NCBI GenBank assembly: GCA_021613535.1
Contig: CP075492.1
Coordinates: forward strand, 5,394,001 to 5,458,000
From: Adineta vaga
Lineage: Eukaryota; Animalia; Rotifera
Direction of reading: 5' to 3'
Length of the DNA stretch: 64,000 bases
Shown here: positions 41,093 through 54,067 of the stretch, in pieces
Numbering within the stretch: position 1 is the stretch's first letter
How the letters are laid out: each line of letters begins with the position of its first letter
Notes under the pieces: model-generated
Seen by the model: only the letters and a program-made list of their open reading frames with translations
Database searches by the model: none
What the model was told of the DNA's origin: nothing
Translations under genes and position numbers: made by a program

Positions 41093-42690
41093 AACTGTAC
41101 TCTTTACGAAATAAATGTACTGAGACCTAATAGAATAATTTAATTTTGTTATGTTTGATGCGTTATGACTTTTAGAAAAAAAATAATCCGGTCTTCAAAG
41201 GGTTAAAGAATTCCGTTATATAAATAATCCTAGAAAAAAAGTGCTCTAAAAACGTAAAGGAAAGTATTCATTCATAAATAAGAAAATCCTGTCTGTATTA
41301 TTCTAATTAGTTAGTTAGTTCATCCATCATAATATACTGTGTCGATAGCTTAGAGTTCTTAACAATCAATAAACATATTTTATTCCAATTATTCATATGT
41401 TATTCCCAAATCATTTCATATGAAATAAATGTGTATATATATATTGTATGCGCATATAAGTCAGCCAGTTTTGTTGATTTAGAAAGAATATCTTAAAGAA
41501 AGAAATGTTTGGCTAACACAATATATACAAAAAAAATTTCCGTTATGCACAGTCCGATTTTATATTTCATCGATTCCGTCAATATCGCTTTTAACGTATA
41601 GTATAGTATAATGATAGAATTATTGCTAGTGTATATTTGCTCCAAATATATCTATCGGAAATGAATTTCTTATATCTCGAACGGGTAGAGTTAATACATG
41701 TAAATGGCCATAATGCATTATATTATAGAAACATAAAAGATAACCATGTTATTTGGACGTATTTTTTGTGGCCGTCTCATGTTCGTATAGACAATAATAA
41801 TGATTATTCATGTCCCGAAACCCAAATACTAATATTCCAGCTTTTCACAATCATTTATCCCAAATTACAAAGATTCACGATTTAATGAACACCCATCCAT
41901 AAGATGATCTTGTTGAATAAATGTTCACGTCATCTTATATTCTTCTATATATAAGAATAATATAATGATAAATTCATGATTTCACCAAGATCCATCCCAT
42001 AAAATATCAGAAATAGAAATTATACAATATCCCATATTTATACGTGCGTTTGTGATCAGTGAATTACAACGTATGAAAAAGAAAGAATCGCAAGAGTTCA
42101 AATATATGTCTGCTGATGAATGGAAGGAGAAAAAGTGGAAGATGGAGAATGTGCATATGTAATCACTACTTACGTGAGTGACGTATTGAGACGAACGAAA
42201 AAAGAAAGTGATTGGATCATACAAGTGAGAGAGAAAAAAAACGAAGCGAAAAGTAAACAAAACTTGAATTGAATCAGAATGAATGTAACTAAGCAATAAT
42301 GTTATATAACACTAAAAAAAAGATCAGAATACGTGCATAATATGTATTAGATAACAATTTAACAGAAAGCTTTATAATTATTCTCAGACTCATAAGAACT
42401 GAAACGTTAGTTTAAGCAAATGTCGTTGCCTATCAACTAGCTGTACTCATGTTACGAAAATCAACAGTTTTAATTGAAGACTCGAATTTTGTATAGGTTT
42501 TACACATCTATTTATCCTTTCTTGTCATGATTTTTAAGAAAGGAAAACATAATAATTAACAATTTTCATAACATTATTAAACAGTCTGTGTCGATCATAG
42601 TATTAACTTTTGTCGCTCAAGAGAGGAGATTTAAGAATTCAAATGTATTAGAAAGGCACACCACTATCAATCAGATTCTGAGGAAATAGG

Positions 42691-43328
42691 TGTTACGATC
42701 TGTGTATGCATACACTAAGATCATATCTATCTATTTTCTTTCATTCTGTCTTTACTTTTCCGTATTCATTCTCTTTCGTGTCTATGTACTAGTCGGTTGT
42801 TTATTCTATTCGAACTTCCATATAAATAAACAAAGGACAGATCATTAACAGTGGCGACCCCGCAGTAAATTTATAAACAATCGATTCTTTTTTAATTTAC
42901 ATTTAATTATGACAGTGCATACACGTAATCAAAGTGAATCAAATAATGATGCTGATCCTCAACCTATTGCACAAGTTACAAATGAATCTAATCCAAATCT
43001 ATTATCATTAACAAATACAAATAATGATGATAAAACAGCTACAGCTGATGGATGTTCCGCAACAGAACGTGATGAAAAACCAACATTATTAGAAGTACTT
43101 CGCCATGATGTGAAATTATTTAATGGTCAAGATGATGCTCGTCAATGGTTTAGACATATTCATTCAAAATTTTCGGAATTTAATTTAACACTTGATGAAC
43201 GATTGGAAATCATTCCTTATTTTTTCGAAGATGATGTTTTCATTTGGTATACGTTGAATCAAGACAAAATTCAATCATATGCTCATTTATGTCAATTATT
43301 TGCTCATGAATATTTCAATCTCGAATAA
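42691..43328 (+). mobile_element. Ty3/Gypsy LTR-PBS-gag remnant, copy 2
   Basis: Same sequence as 20870-21507. Confidence 0.75.
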
Positions 43329-44265
43329 ACTTCTTGTCCTGATGTCAACGCTAATATCAAACAATCAAACCAATCTTTTTTATTACGTCCACCTGTTGTT
43401 GTTAATGAATCTATATATGATGATTTAATAAATCTTTTAGGTGATAAAGCAGTAGCAACTGCTGATGATCATGATACACATGCTTAAATTCTTGTATACG
43501 AAATCCACGAAATCTTCGACCAGTTTTCCACAAGAAGATAATATTCCAGTTCATTGTTAATAGTACGGCTAATTCGGCACCTTCAACATCAAGACCAAAA
43601 AAAAGTCGATATGAGTAATTCCAATAGCGGACAAATAAGTGCCAATAGGACCACATGCTACCTTTCGTATTTTGTGATGATTTTTATACTATGCCTTCTT
43701 GAAGGATGCATCCATAGTTGCGATATCACTTGCAACAGGACTATCTTTACCCTGAAATTTAAATATTCAATCAAATCTTTTAATCTCTTTTTTAGCACTG
43801 TCATGTTTGTGTATAAGAAAAGATACCGAATGACATCGCAATTTTGATCTTGAGACCATATATGTTCAATAGTAACAATCTATATAATATAACAGCATAG
43901 AATGATAAAAGCTTCTAAAATTATTCTTTCTTCAATATATCGACTCTGATGAATAACAAAGTCACGACACTGTTAGTCTCAATGAGCTTAATGACTAACT
44001 TTGACAAGTGTTTCCAATCCTTATATACTACACTGTGTGTTAGAAGTACACATATTTGTCCATTTTCTTGAGTGTCTGTCTTTAGATATTGACATGAATG
44101 AAAAAAAAGAGACATCTATATATCGATAGAGATAACATTATGATGATTTTTGTCTATATTTCTTATTGATACATAAGATAAAATCGACCTATTGTCTAGA
44201 CATCGGTCATTTAAAAATGTTGTCCTTATCATCTCTCGTTCTTCACACGTTTGAACTTATTATCA

Positions 44266-45768
44266 ATGACGATAACAAAACATGTACATCGACGAAAGAT
44301 TTGTCTACTTATTATTTCTACTCTCTTATTTTTCACTACTATACTAGTATTTTGGTTTTTGTTTGATCATTCACCTCGAATTCAATATCAATTTACTTTT
44401 GTATCGAAAGCAACATCTCAAAGACGATCATGGCAAGTACAGGATTGGGTTCAACGATACAATATCACTCATCTATTTGATTGGACTTGGCATAGAACTG
44501 GTGATTATAATCGATGTCACATACCACCAAATTCTATTTCGAAATTAATCCCACAAAAATTGAATTCAACAATTGTCGTTCATGATGTTGTTAGTTATTT
44601 TCGTTCTCATTCTGATGAAGGATGTATTGTCGATAATGCACCACATCAACCAAATCCCGTTCCTCATCCAATACCTCGTGCTCGTAACTGGTCCGATACG
44701 TGTGCATCGATGAATATCGATCGTCACTGGATCTTATGTTATCTACCACAATCAGAAATTGGAAAATATTTACCAACGACGACTCATCATGTAGTAGTGG
44801 CTACATTTAATGCATATGTAGACAAAGGTCATTGTAATATTGAGGTACCAGGTACAGTATTTACAGAGCATGCTACTTTTCATCCTCAAGGATGGGTCAA
44901 TGCACCGTGTAGTGTTGATCCAATTACTCGTCTTCCAATGGTTAAACCAAAAAATCGATATATTGAATTAATTGATTCAATTGGAGTTTATTTACATGCA
45001 CCTGGACATTTTGGACCTCAACAATTACCACGTTTATTACGTTTACTTGCCGTAGCTCCAACAACAACCAAAGTTCTCGTAGCCAAAGGTGGTGTTGCTG
45101 ATCTATTGATGGATGTTCTCATTGAGCGAGATGTTGTTACACGTGATCGAATCGTTCTATTTGATAAAAAGAATCGTGATGATTATTATGCTAATATTGT
45201 TTATCGTAGCGAAAGTTGGCCATATTTATGGAATCAAAGTTATGCACATCGACTCCATGATCGAACAGATATGCAACTTGCTCATCGTGTTCTCGTTGGT
45301 GATAATAATCATCAACAATCAATTGATAAAAAAGATCATGTTATCCTTATAAAACGAAAAGATGGTTATGATCGATCATTGATCGAACATTCCGATGTTG
45401 CTGCATTTATGATATCTGCACTGGAAAAATCAAATCTTTCATCTAATCTACATTTTAAAGTTTTTACTGCTCAAGGACATATGCGTGATCATATTGCTTT
45501 ATTTCATCGAGCACGTATCATTGTGGGTCCTCATGGAGCTGGTATGATGAATATTTTATGGGCATCACCAAAAACATACGTCGTCGAAATTGGCTATAGT
45601 ACCGGTATGACATTTCCTCAAATGTATGCTGAAATGAGTCTTCATTTGGATCAAAACTATTGGGTTTGTAAAGGACACGGAGCTTATGGTGCTCCTATTC
45701 ATATTGATATGAACGATTTTATGTATATTTTTAATCAAATTCTTCAGGAAATAAAAACGTATTCTTAG
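44266..45768 (+). CDS. Glycosyltransferase family 61 (DUF563), type II membrane, intronless, ~500 aa
   Basis: Family motif ARIIVGPHGAGMMNILWA..T.VVEI, plus PGHF and ILIKR. N-terminal HRRK followed by a TM helix. Confidence 0.88.
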   Translation: MTITKHVHRRKICLLIISTLLFFTTILVFWFLFDHSPRIQYQFTFVSKATSQRRSWQVQDWVQRYNITHLFDWTWHRTGDYNRCHIPPNSISKLIPQKLNSTIVVHDVVSYFRSHSDEGCIVDNAPHQPNPVPHPIPRARNWSDTCASMNIDRHWILCYLPQSEIGKYLPTTTHHVVVATFNAYVDKGHCNIEVPGTVFTEHATFHPQGWVNAPCSVDPITRLPMVKPKNRYIELIDSIGVYLHAPGHFGPQQLPRLLRLLAVAPTTTKVLVAKGGVADLLMDVLIERDVVTRDRIVLFDKKNRDDYYANIVYRSESWPYLWNQSYAHRLHDRTDMQLAHRVLVGDNNHQQSIDKKDHVILIKRKDGYDRSLIEHSDVAAFMISALEKSNLSSNLHFKVFTAQGHMRDHIALFHRARIIVGPHGAGMMNILWASPKTYVVEIGYSTGMTFPQMYAEMSLHLDQNYWVCKGHGAYGAPIHIDMNDFMYIFNQILQEIKTYS

Positions 45769-45890
45769 CAAGATAAAAAGAACGATTGTGTCGCTCTATT
45801 GCCATTGGTTCGTTGATAAGATACGATTGAGTTTGATCAATTTTTCTTTCGTGTCTCATCTCATTCTCATAAATAATAGCTATACTAAAT

Positions 45891-48140
45891 ATGAATAATT
45901 CACAGAGTAGTAATAACGAAATGGATGTCGATAAAATCGGTGTTGTTGATGAAGAAGGTGAACAACAATCAGCCAAGTAAAGATTTTATTTTATACTTAT
46001 ACTTTAATTATTTTTTAATATTAATTCATAGAGGTCAACTAACTGGTCCAAGTTCCTTATTTATTTGTCTTCATTTTCTGATGATGACTATAATAAAACC
46101 TTTAGTTACTAAAACTATTCGTCTTTATCTTGACGACGTGTTCGAAATCATTTTTTCAAATGATCGTATTGTAAATAATCCAATGGATCAACTACAAGAA
46201 TTTGCTAATAAATTCAATCTCAACTTTTATATTTACATCATTCAAGAAGATGAAAGAGGATTTCACGAAATCATCTCTTCAGCTGTCCATGAAACTAATA
46301 ATCATGTTCGTGCATTTCTTGTATTCGATCAACGTCATCAACAGTTTTATGTATTCTCGATCAAGGATCCAAATATTGAACATGAAGTCATGTTTCGTAT
46401 GGATGATATGAATAGTATGCAATTATTTCAAGAGTTTGTCTCTAATCAATACCCTGACAGTACAGTAAATGTCGTCCAATCATCAGAATGTAAATTAAAT
46501 GCATCAAATTTATGTAATTTATTACTTCAAAATGTTCAATCTCTTATTTCTTGTGTTGGATCACAACTTGATCATTTCAATAAGTTTTCCTTCGCTTCCT
46601 CCGGTGAGATATATAATTGTATTATCAAAGTGATTGAATAGTACTTTTGTTTTTCTTTATTAGCATATCAACTTGCTGAAAATGACTTTACCTCTCTAGA
46701 AACGATGAACAATGCTTTAGACAAACAATTGAACTTATTATTAAGACTATCAGAATTAACAGCAGAAACCTTGAAAATAAATCGTATAACATCTATCTCA
46801 ACAGATATTACTGAAGCAACTTCTATTGTCAGAGATACATGTAAATAATCAATTATTTCTTCGCAGTCGATTTCTTAATTTTTTTTATTTATATAGCAAT
46901 AACGAATCACGATGAAAATATTCTAACTAATAATCCAGTCGACATCAGTCCAGACATACCATTAAATGGTCAACTGTCAATAACGACAGACAATGGTGAG
47001 CAAACAATACAATTACCCAAAGTACAATTATTGAATCAACCAGCACGAGTTCGTCGTCATCGTTATTTAGTAGAATTACGCGATGGTAATTGTTCCGGTA
47101 TACCATTTCAATTCACGGTAAATTCATCTAAATTAATTAGATTATTAATCATAATTCAATTATATTCTAGCTTCCAAAAGAGATCAACAATTATAAGCGA
47201 GACTTTTATCTTGGTGCGCATGTTACAACCTACGATGGAAAAGAACATGATCAGAAAATACCGGTGTACACGGATATTTCAATTAAAGAGAATTATAATC
47301 TAAAAACGAATGATCTCGATTGTTTTGAAACTTCGAATGATCATCAAGATAAAAATGAAACATTTGATCGGAAAACGAAAGGTGTCTTTTCAAAAATTAT
47401 TTTTTCTGACCAAGAAAGTCTTCAGAAAAGGTAAAAAATATTATTTTTAAAAGAACATCTATATATTTATAGACATAGTTGGACTTTCAAGACAGTTAAT
47501 TTATGTCAAGACAACACAATTACGAAAACATTGATCAAAGTTAAGAAACTCAAATGGTGTCGATTCAAATTTGCAATTTATATCAAATCATCTATTGGTC
47601 ATTTTCAACAAATTTCTCCACCAGTCTATTCAGATTTGTGCCAAGAAAGTAAATGATAAGACATCATTTTCTTCTTGATCTTATATCCATGCTTTTCTTT
47701 TTAATTCAAGCTTCTAATGGTCACCCAATAGAAACGGATACGATTATTCCAGATAAACTCTGCGAAAATGGTGGACAAATGATATTCATTGCAATTGATG
47801 AAAATTTGAATAAAGATGGTATAGAATTCTTCAAGTTTTGAATACTATCTATACATGCATTCTTTATTTCAGACGTATCTGTATCTTGTAATAATAAAGT
47901 TATCAACAAAAATAAATTCCAAATATGTGGAAAAATTCTATCGTTTGAATCCCCGGTGCATAAGCAAGGAGAAGATAATCTTACGATCGAAGTTCGTAAT
48001 TTAACCGGTGATTTTCTTGTTTCTCATCAATTGTTATATCATCAACATGGTATAGTCTCCTTTTTCTATATATTTGAACTTTGTACTATATATTTCTAGG
48101 TGATCATCCTGATCCATGCGGTGTATACAATGATGACTAA
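45891..48140 (+). CDS. Divergent Rel-homology-domain (NF-kB/NFAT-like) + IPT/TIG protein with OTU-like N-terminus, 9 exons, ~605 aa
   Basis: Manual splicing gives a stop-free frame. RHD-like VQLLNQPARVRRHRYLVE and LKWCRFKFAIY..GHFQQISPPVYSD. IPT-like PDKLCENGGQMIFIAIDENLNKDD and ILSFESP..LLY. The exon structure is more certain than the domain assignment. Confidence 0.7.
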
Positions 48141-48799
48141 TTCTCATATATATTTTCTTTTTCTTTGTATACAAGCACAATTAATAAATACAACTTTTAT
48201 GAAATTTTCAATTACTGATCATCTTGCGATTGAAATTGATGCACCTGTTTTCAACGATCGAGCACCATCAGATCGTTGAATTGATAATAAAGAATAGAAA
48301 TGTGAACGTGCTCTCTTCTAACTTTGCAGCAAATAAGATTTGTTTTCAACATAGATCAAATTACTTTCGTTCTCTCAGTAGAATAACAGGTAATATAAGT
48401 TATGTATAAAAGCTGTCCGACCTTCAATATAGTCACCAATAAAGATTGACAGATACGAGAAACAAAATTACCTCTTGTGAAATTAAAGAACGAAAGAAAA
48501 AAAAATAATAAAAGTAAGTTTGATTTATTAGCAGGTATGCAATGAATACATGACACTGCGCTCACGTTTCCTCGTATATAACCAAAGACAAATAAACATT
48601 TTATTTCTATATAGATTGCCCTTTATCGACGTCTGACGTACTTCTTTCAAGTTTTCCTGAACATTAAAAGAAGAGAAAAAAGTTAAAAAAACTTTTGACG
48701 ACACTTTAAAAAAAAATTATTCCATTCATTTCTCTTCCTTGTTTTTCCCCTCAAAGGAAAATGTGTTTAAACATGAGTTAGGATAATTTTTTCCCTTCA

Positions 48800-50748
48800 A
48801 TGTCAATCCTACCCAGACTTATTCGTCTACGAACGAAATACATTCGTTTAGAAGTCATTGCCTCGATCATATTAATCAGTCTTTTTATTAATATTTTTTC
48901 CATTCATCAATTATTTCAATGTTCATCATTAAATGAATTAAAGCCATTGAAAATACATTCGAATATAAATCCATTAAGTACTATAGAACGATCGAAAAAG
49001 GCGCTTGAAAATTTAAAAGTATTATTGAATAGTGTCGTATCTTCAACTGATCAACCATGGATTTGGACGCCTTCAGCACAATATCCATCTGTACCATATC
49101 AACCAACATTATTATCAAATCAAAAAATTCCCAAAGCAATTAATACGAAATCAGCTGTACCACACGTCGTTCAAGATGAAATTAATCGTGTCTGTCAACG
49201 ATTGACTAAAACAAATAGTACAAGTGGACAAATTTGGTGTAAATTATTTACAAAATGTTATGCTGATACATTAGCAACAACTACAACTTTATTAGATGAC
49301 AATACAACTTATATAATAACCGGTGATATCGATTTAATGTGGTTACGTGATAGCAGGTAAGATTAGGAAGAGAAACAAATAATAAATGAAAAATTTCCTT
49401 TTATTCTCTAGCGCTCAAGTTCATCAATATATGACATTATCACATGATAAAGATATTCAACGTATTATAGAAGGTTTGATTCGTCGTCAAACACAATTTA
49501 TATTTACTAATCCATATGCAAGTTCATTTCGTTTAACCCTTTACGGCCGTGTGTTGCCAAAAAGCAACAATTTTGCCGTAGGGGGGTACGGCATTTTTTA
49601 AAAAGTCGACCGTGAAAAATTGATCCCTATAACTAAACAACAAAGAATATATAGAAAGATAACTTTTTGCTTGTTGTTTTCTGGTAGCCGGCCGTAAAGG
49701 GTTAACTCTTCGTCCAAATCCACCATCGGACGATTCTCTTGAACCAGTTCATATTCTCAAAGGTCGAAATATTCATGTTGCCATGCATAATTATGAATTA
49801 GATAGTTTATGTTATCATTTACGTTTAAGTTATACTTGGTGGAAACAAACACATCGTACAGATGTTTTTGATCATCAATGGTTACTAGCAGTGTCAATGA
49901 TTATTCAAATCATGATTATTGAACAACATCATTCAGAAATTTCACCATATCATTATACAGAATTAGGCAATAATTATCAAGGTTCACGCGTTTCATATAC
50001 AGGAATGACATGGAGTGCATTTCGTCCGAGTGATGATCAGACAAAATTTGGTTATTTGATTCCAAGTAATATGATGACTACCGTTGTTTTAAAACAACTC
50101 AAAGAAATGATACAAAGTTTATATCCTGATCAAATTGAACTTTTACAACAAATATATCAATTACAAGTCGATATTTATTCAGGTATTCATACGTATGGTG
50201 TTGTTCAACATGCAAAATATGGTCAAATCTATGCTTATGAAACTGATGGATTTTCTTCACCTCTTCTTATCGATGATGCCAATGTACCATCACTTCTTTC
50301 TGCAGCATATCTTGGTTTTAAAACACCCTACGATCCTGAAGATCAAATATTAGCAGCAACACAATCATTTGTTCTATCGAAAGAGAATCCCTTCTTTTTT
50401 TCTGGTGAATATGCTTCAGGAATCGGTAGTCAACATACTCAATCGCAATATGTTTGGCCTATGGCTATTATAATGGAAGGCTTTGCAAATCAATCACAAG
50501 TAAATCTCGATAGTGTTTGGAAAAGATTAGAAGCAAGTCATGCTGGTACATTTGCTATGCATGAAAGTTTCAATATTAACAATCCACAACAATTTAGTCG
50601 TACATGGTAGATTCTTTTTTTTTTTCTTTTAAATTTTCTTTCCAAAACAACATCATTTTCTAGGTTTGCATGGGTGAATTCTTTATTTGCCGAATTAGTT
50701 TTAGTACATCTGGATAAATTGGAGAATTGGTTGCAATATCGTCATTAG
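48800..50748 (+). CDS. GH125 mannosidase-like gene, copy 2 (same MITE at 49537-49701)
   Basis: ORF translations match copy 1. Confidence 0.88.
49537..49701. mobile_element. 165-bp piggyBac-type MITE, copy 2
   Basis: Same as 27721-27885, with TTAA TSD. Confidence 0.93.
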
Positions 50749-50940
50749 AAAAATGTTCACTAGTTATCTTTCTCTAGATGCAATTCTTTATTTCATTTAC
50801 TGTGATGAAAATCAACAAGAGAATAGGACAACAGCACTAAGTCGTCAACATTGCTGCGGTCTCTCTCTCGGTCCTCAATTTTAGAACTTGATGTTTATCT
50901 TCCTCTAGAAACAGAAGTTATTTTGAGATTTTTTTGTTAA

Positions 50941-53370
50941 CCCTTCTAATACCATGCGAAAAAAGTCCCGTGGAACACCGTGCATGGACATTTTTGTCCA
51001 TAAATATAGATCATAAAAAATCCGACTTTAGTCAGTTTTAGCATTAATATATTTGATTAATCTGATATATCAGAACTCTCGCCACACATTTCACACACAA
51101 TATTCACACAACTATGCACTTTACACACATATATTCTGCATTTGTAGCATTTGGTGCCAATTCTGCTAGCTTTTTGTTTACTTGCATAATCGAAAGCTTT
51201 ATCATAACAAATTTTGCACCGACCACGTTTCACTGCCATCGATTGAGTTGTTGCTATTGATGTAGTTGCTGCTGCTGCTCTTGTTTTTGTTGCTAATGAT
51301 GATGGTGAAGATGAATCTGATGATGTCTTTTCATGCAAGATGCTGTGTATTCCGAAAACAACATCTTTGTGTAAATTTGATGTATTTCTTTGTGAAACAT
51401 AAGGTTTCACCAAACAAAGAGCTAGTTCTCTAAGAAAAAGCTTTCTTTTATTTGGATTTTGTTTGCCCCAGTCAGGAAAACATTCAAGAAATAGCGTGAA
51501 GGCGTTGACACCAATTATATCAAGTAAGGTATAAAAAATCGACAGTGGCCATCTAAAAGTACCTCGTTTTGTTGTATAATGTCGTGTAAATTGATCAATT
51601 GTATCGACACCACCTTTAGTATCATTGTAGAATAGGTTGATTTCGGGTTTTTTCTTCTCCCCTTCAAAATCACCAATCGTTTGATGTTGAGTAGAGATAA
51701 AAATAAGAACTTTTTTTGGTTTATGATTGTATGAAACGAGTGTGACTGGTGCTGTAGCTGTTGTTACTTTTGAAAAGAGAAACATAGATGAATAAAGTTC
51801 TCTATTCTTGCTGATTTTCATGATTTCTGGTATATGCTTTCTGTTGACCTGCATAGTACCAACTACAGTCAATTGAAATTTATGCTACAGTTCGTCGGCA
51901 AGTTCTACAGATGAATAAAAGCGGTCCATAGTGATGTTTCTTGAAGTACCTTTGATGGTTTGTGCTAGTCGGCACACGATATCCTTCGGTTTATTTGAAA
52001 TTTCATTTGTTTTACCAGCATATGGTTCCATATTGATTGCATATCTTTTATGTGAATCTTTGAGCATTCTGATAAGAATACCATATTTACCAGGCTTGTC
52101 CTTCATAAATACTTTGAAAGGGCAACGACCACGATATAAAGAGAGCATTTCATCAATAGTTGTGCATTGGTATGGCTTGAAATTTGATGAAAATGTTGAT
52201 GTTACCATTTGGAATACATTTCAAATTGGTGCAAATTTGTCTTTTTTTCTTCGTTTGGTTTTTGTAGCAGCATCATCAAATCTTAAATGTTTCAATATAT
52301 AATATGAACGAAGCGATTTCTAGCCATGGCTCCTTTGTAAAATGGTCTTCCATTCATTTCCGACCACAGATCTGTTATAGATAAGCCATTATCTTGATTT
52401 GTACCCATCATATATAAAATACCAATAAATGCAAAGAGCTCGTGTTTGTCAATAGATCTATCATTCAATCCCATGTGCTTGTTTGTATTTTTAATTATTG
52501 TTGTTGATACTTCATCAGTAAAAAACTTTTTGAATGAATCTTCTATATTTTTAACTTTACCAGAACGTGTAACACCAAATGTATCTCGTATAATATTTTG
52601 TCGATACATTTTTTGATTTTTTGATGGTGTTTTGTAATAAATTTTTCCAGTTTTACTTATTACTTAATCATCATCTTCTTCATCATTGCTATTTCCAATA
52701 TGTTCAGTAAAATCTTCTTCTTCTGACGTACTATTTGTAATATCATCATATTCTGCCATTTTATAAAATTTATTTATAGTTGTTAAATAATGTGGAGAGG
52801 TGAGATGGAAGACGAAGAAAATTGGTGATTTTATTCAGAAAAAAAACGAGTATATATAGGTGGAATGGATAAAGAGGGGTATTCGTCGAGAAGTTTCTTC
52901 TCTTTATTTTCATGAAGAATGATTGACAATGGATCGAGGTCCATAAAAGGTCACACAGGAACATGAGTACTTGATGTACGAAAGAGAAGCAAGATATGTA
53001 CGAGAGAAAGAAAGAAATATACGAAAGAGAGGAGCAAAATATACGACAGAACAGAAAGAAATGCATGAAAGAGAAAGATATACTGTGTAGTAATAGTGTC
53101 TACAATATCTGTACGATATAATAGACGAGAATACAGAAAACAAAGATATAAAAATGAGTGATACTATCATATGAATTTTTTCATGTACAAAAAAACGTTG
53201 ACTTTTTCAGGAAAAAGTAAAAATTTGTTGAAAAGGAGATATTCAGCAGATGCTAGAGCTATAAAAATTTACATTCTAAAAAGTTGATATCGATTAGTTC
53301 AGGTCTTCACCGAAAATTAAGTGTTTTACACACGTATGGACGAAAATGTGCATGCACAGTATTAGAAGGG
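50941..53370 (-). mobile_element. piggyBac transposon, copy 2 (transposase ~52759-51057; nonsense codon at 51885 and frameshifts)
   Basis: TTAA|CCCTTCTAATACC...GTATTAGAAGGG|TTAA, with the same motifs as copy 1. Confidence 0.93.
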
Positions 53371-53835
53371 TTAACCCACTTTCATTCTCAAGATTTCCTC
53401 GTTATTTCCACGCGTCCTATTACAAAAGTTTTTTTCGATTTTTAACATTACTTTTGCTTTGATTTCTTCTTTTTGAACAACTTATACAGTGTATGTTTAC
53501 AGTGAGGGTGTGGGTATCTCTTCTTCTTTCATCCCACACCCACACCCACCCGATGTAGAACGCTTGTTATATTTTTATTTATTTTTTCTTGCTCTTGCTT
53601 TTTATTATAGGAAGACAGTTTTAGTTCTGTACAGTCCTGGTACAGTCACAACTGAAATTTTAGTTTTAACTAAATTTCGATTTCGTTCGCGACACATATT
53701 TAAATGTGTATATTTCAGTATGTGAATATAAGGATAAGCATCCGGGTATGGGTATGGCTGGCGTAAACAATAAATGCTCGCACCCACACCCTCACATACT
53801 TTCAAGATTGTAATGCTATAGATATAACACCCTGC

Positions 53836-54067
53836 ATTCTACATAAAAAGGTAACGTGACCGAACCCATCAAAAGGATTTCATAGATTTCAAAAGCTTCA
53901 GAATGCGTTGACAAATCGAAAAAAATGGTTTTCAAAATTTACGAAACTTAAAAAGGTTTCGTAGATTTTGAAAACCATTTCTTGCGATTTGTCAACGTAT
54001 TCTGAAGCTTTTGAAATATACAGAATCTTTTCGATGGGTTTGGGAATACACCTTTTTTATTTAGAGT
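53836..54067. mobile_element. Palindromic (fold-back) MITE; degraded copy at ~32030-32232
   Basis: Arms AACCCATC...TTTTCAAAAT.TACGAAAC and GTTTCGTAGATTTTGAAAA...GATGGGTT around a short loop. Confidence 0.6.

Larger units (their letters stand above)
20179..41999 (+). repeat. Tandem segmental duplication, copy 1 (~21.8 kb)
   Basis: Near-identical to 42000-64000. Offset is ~21,820 bp, rising to ~22,350 bp. Near-identity begins at taaaatatcagaaatag (20179/42000). Confidence 0.95.

Noticed and set aside
20870-42850. Two identical LTRs flanking ~22 kb, suggesting a giant LTR element carrying cargo genes
   Set aside because: Both LTRs have the same upstream flank and both are followed by PBS and gag. 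They arise from the tandem duplication, whose junction is ~690 bp upstream of the LTR.
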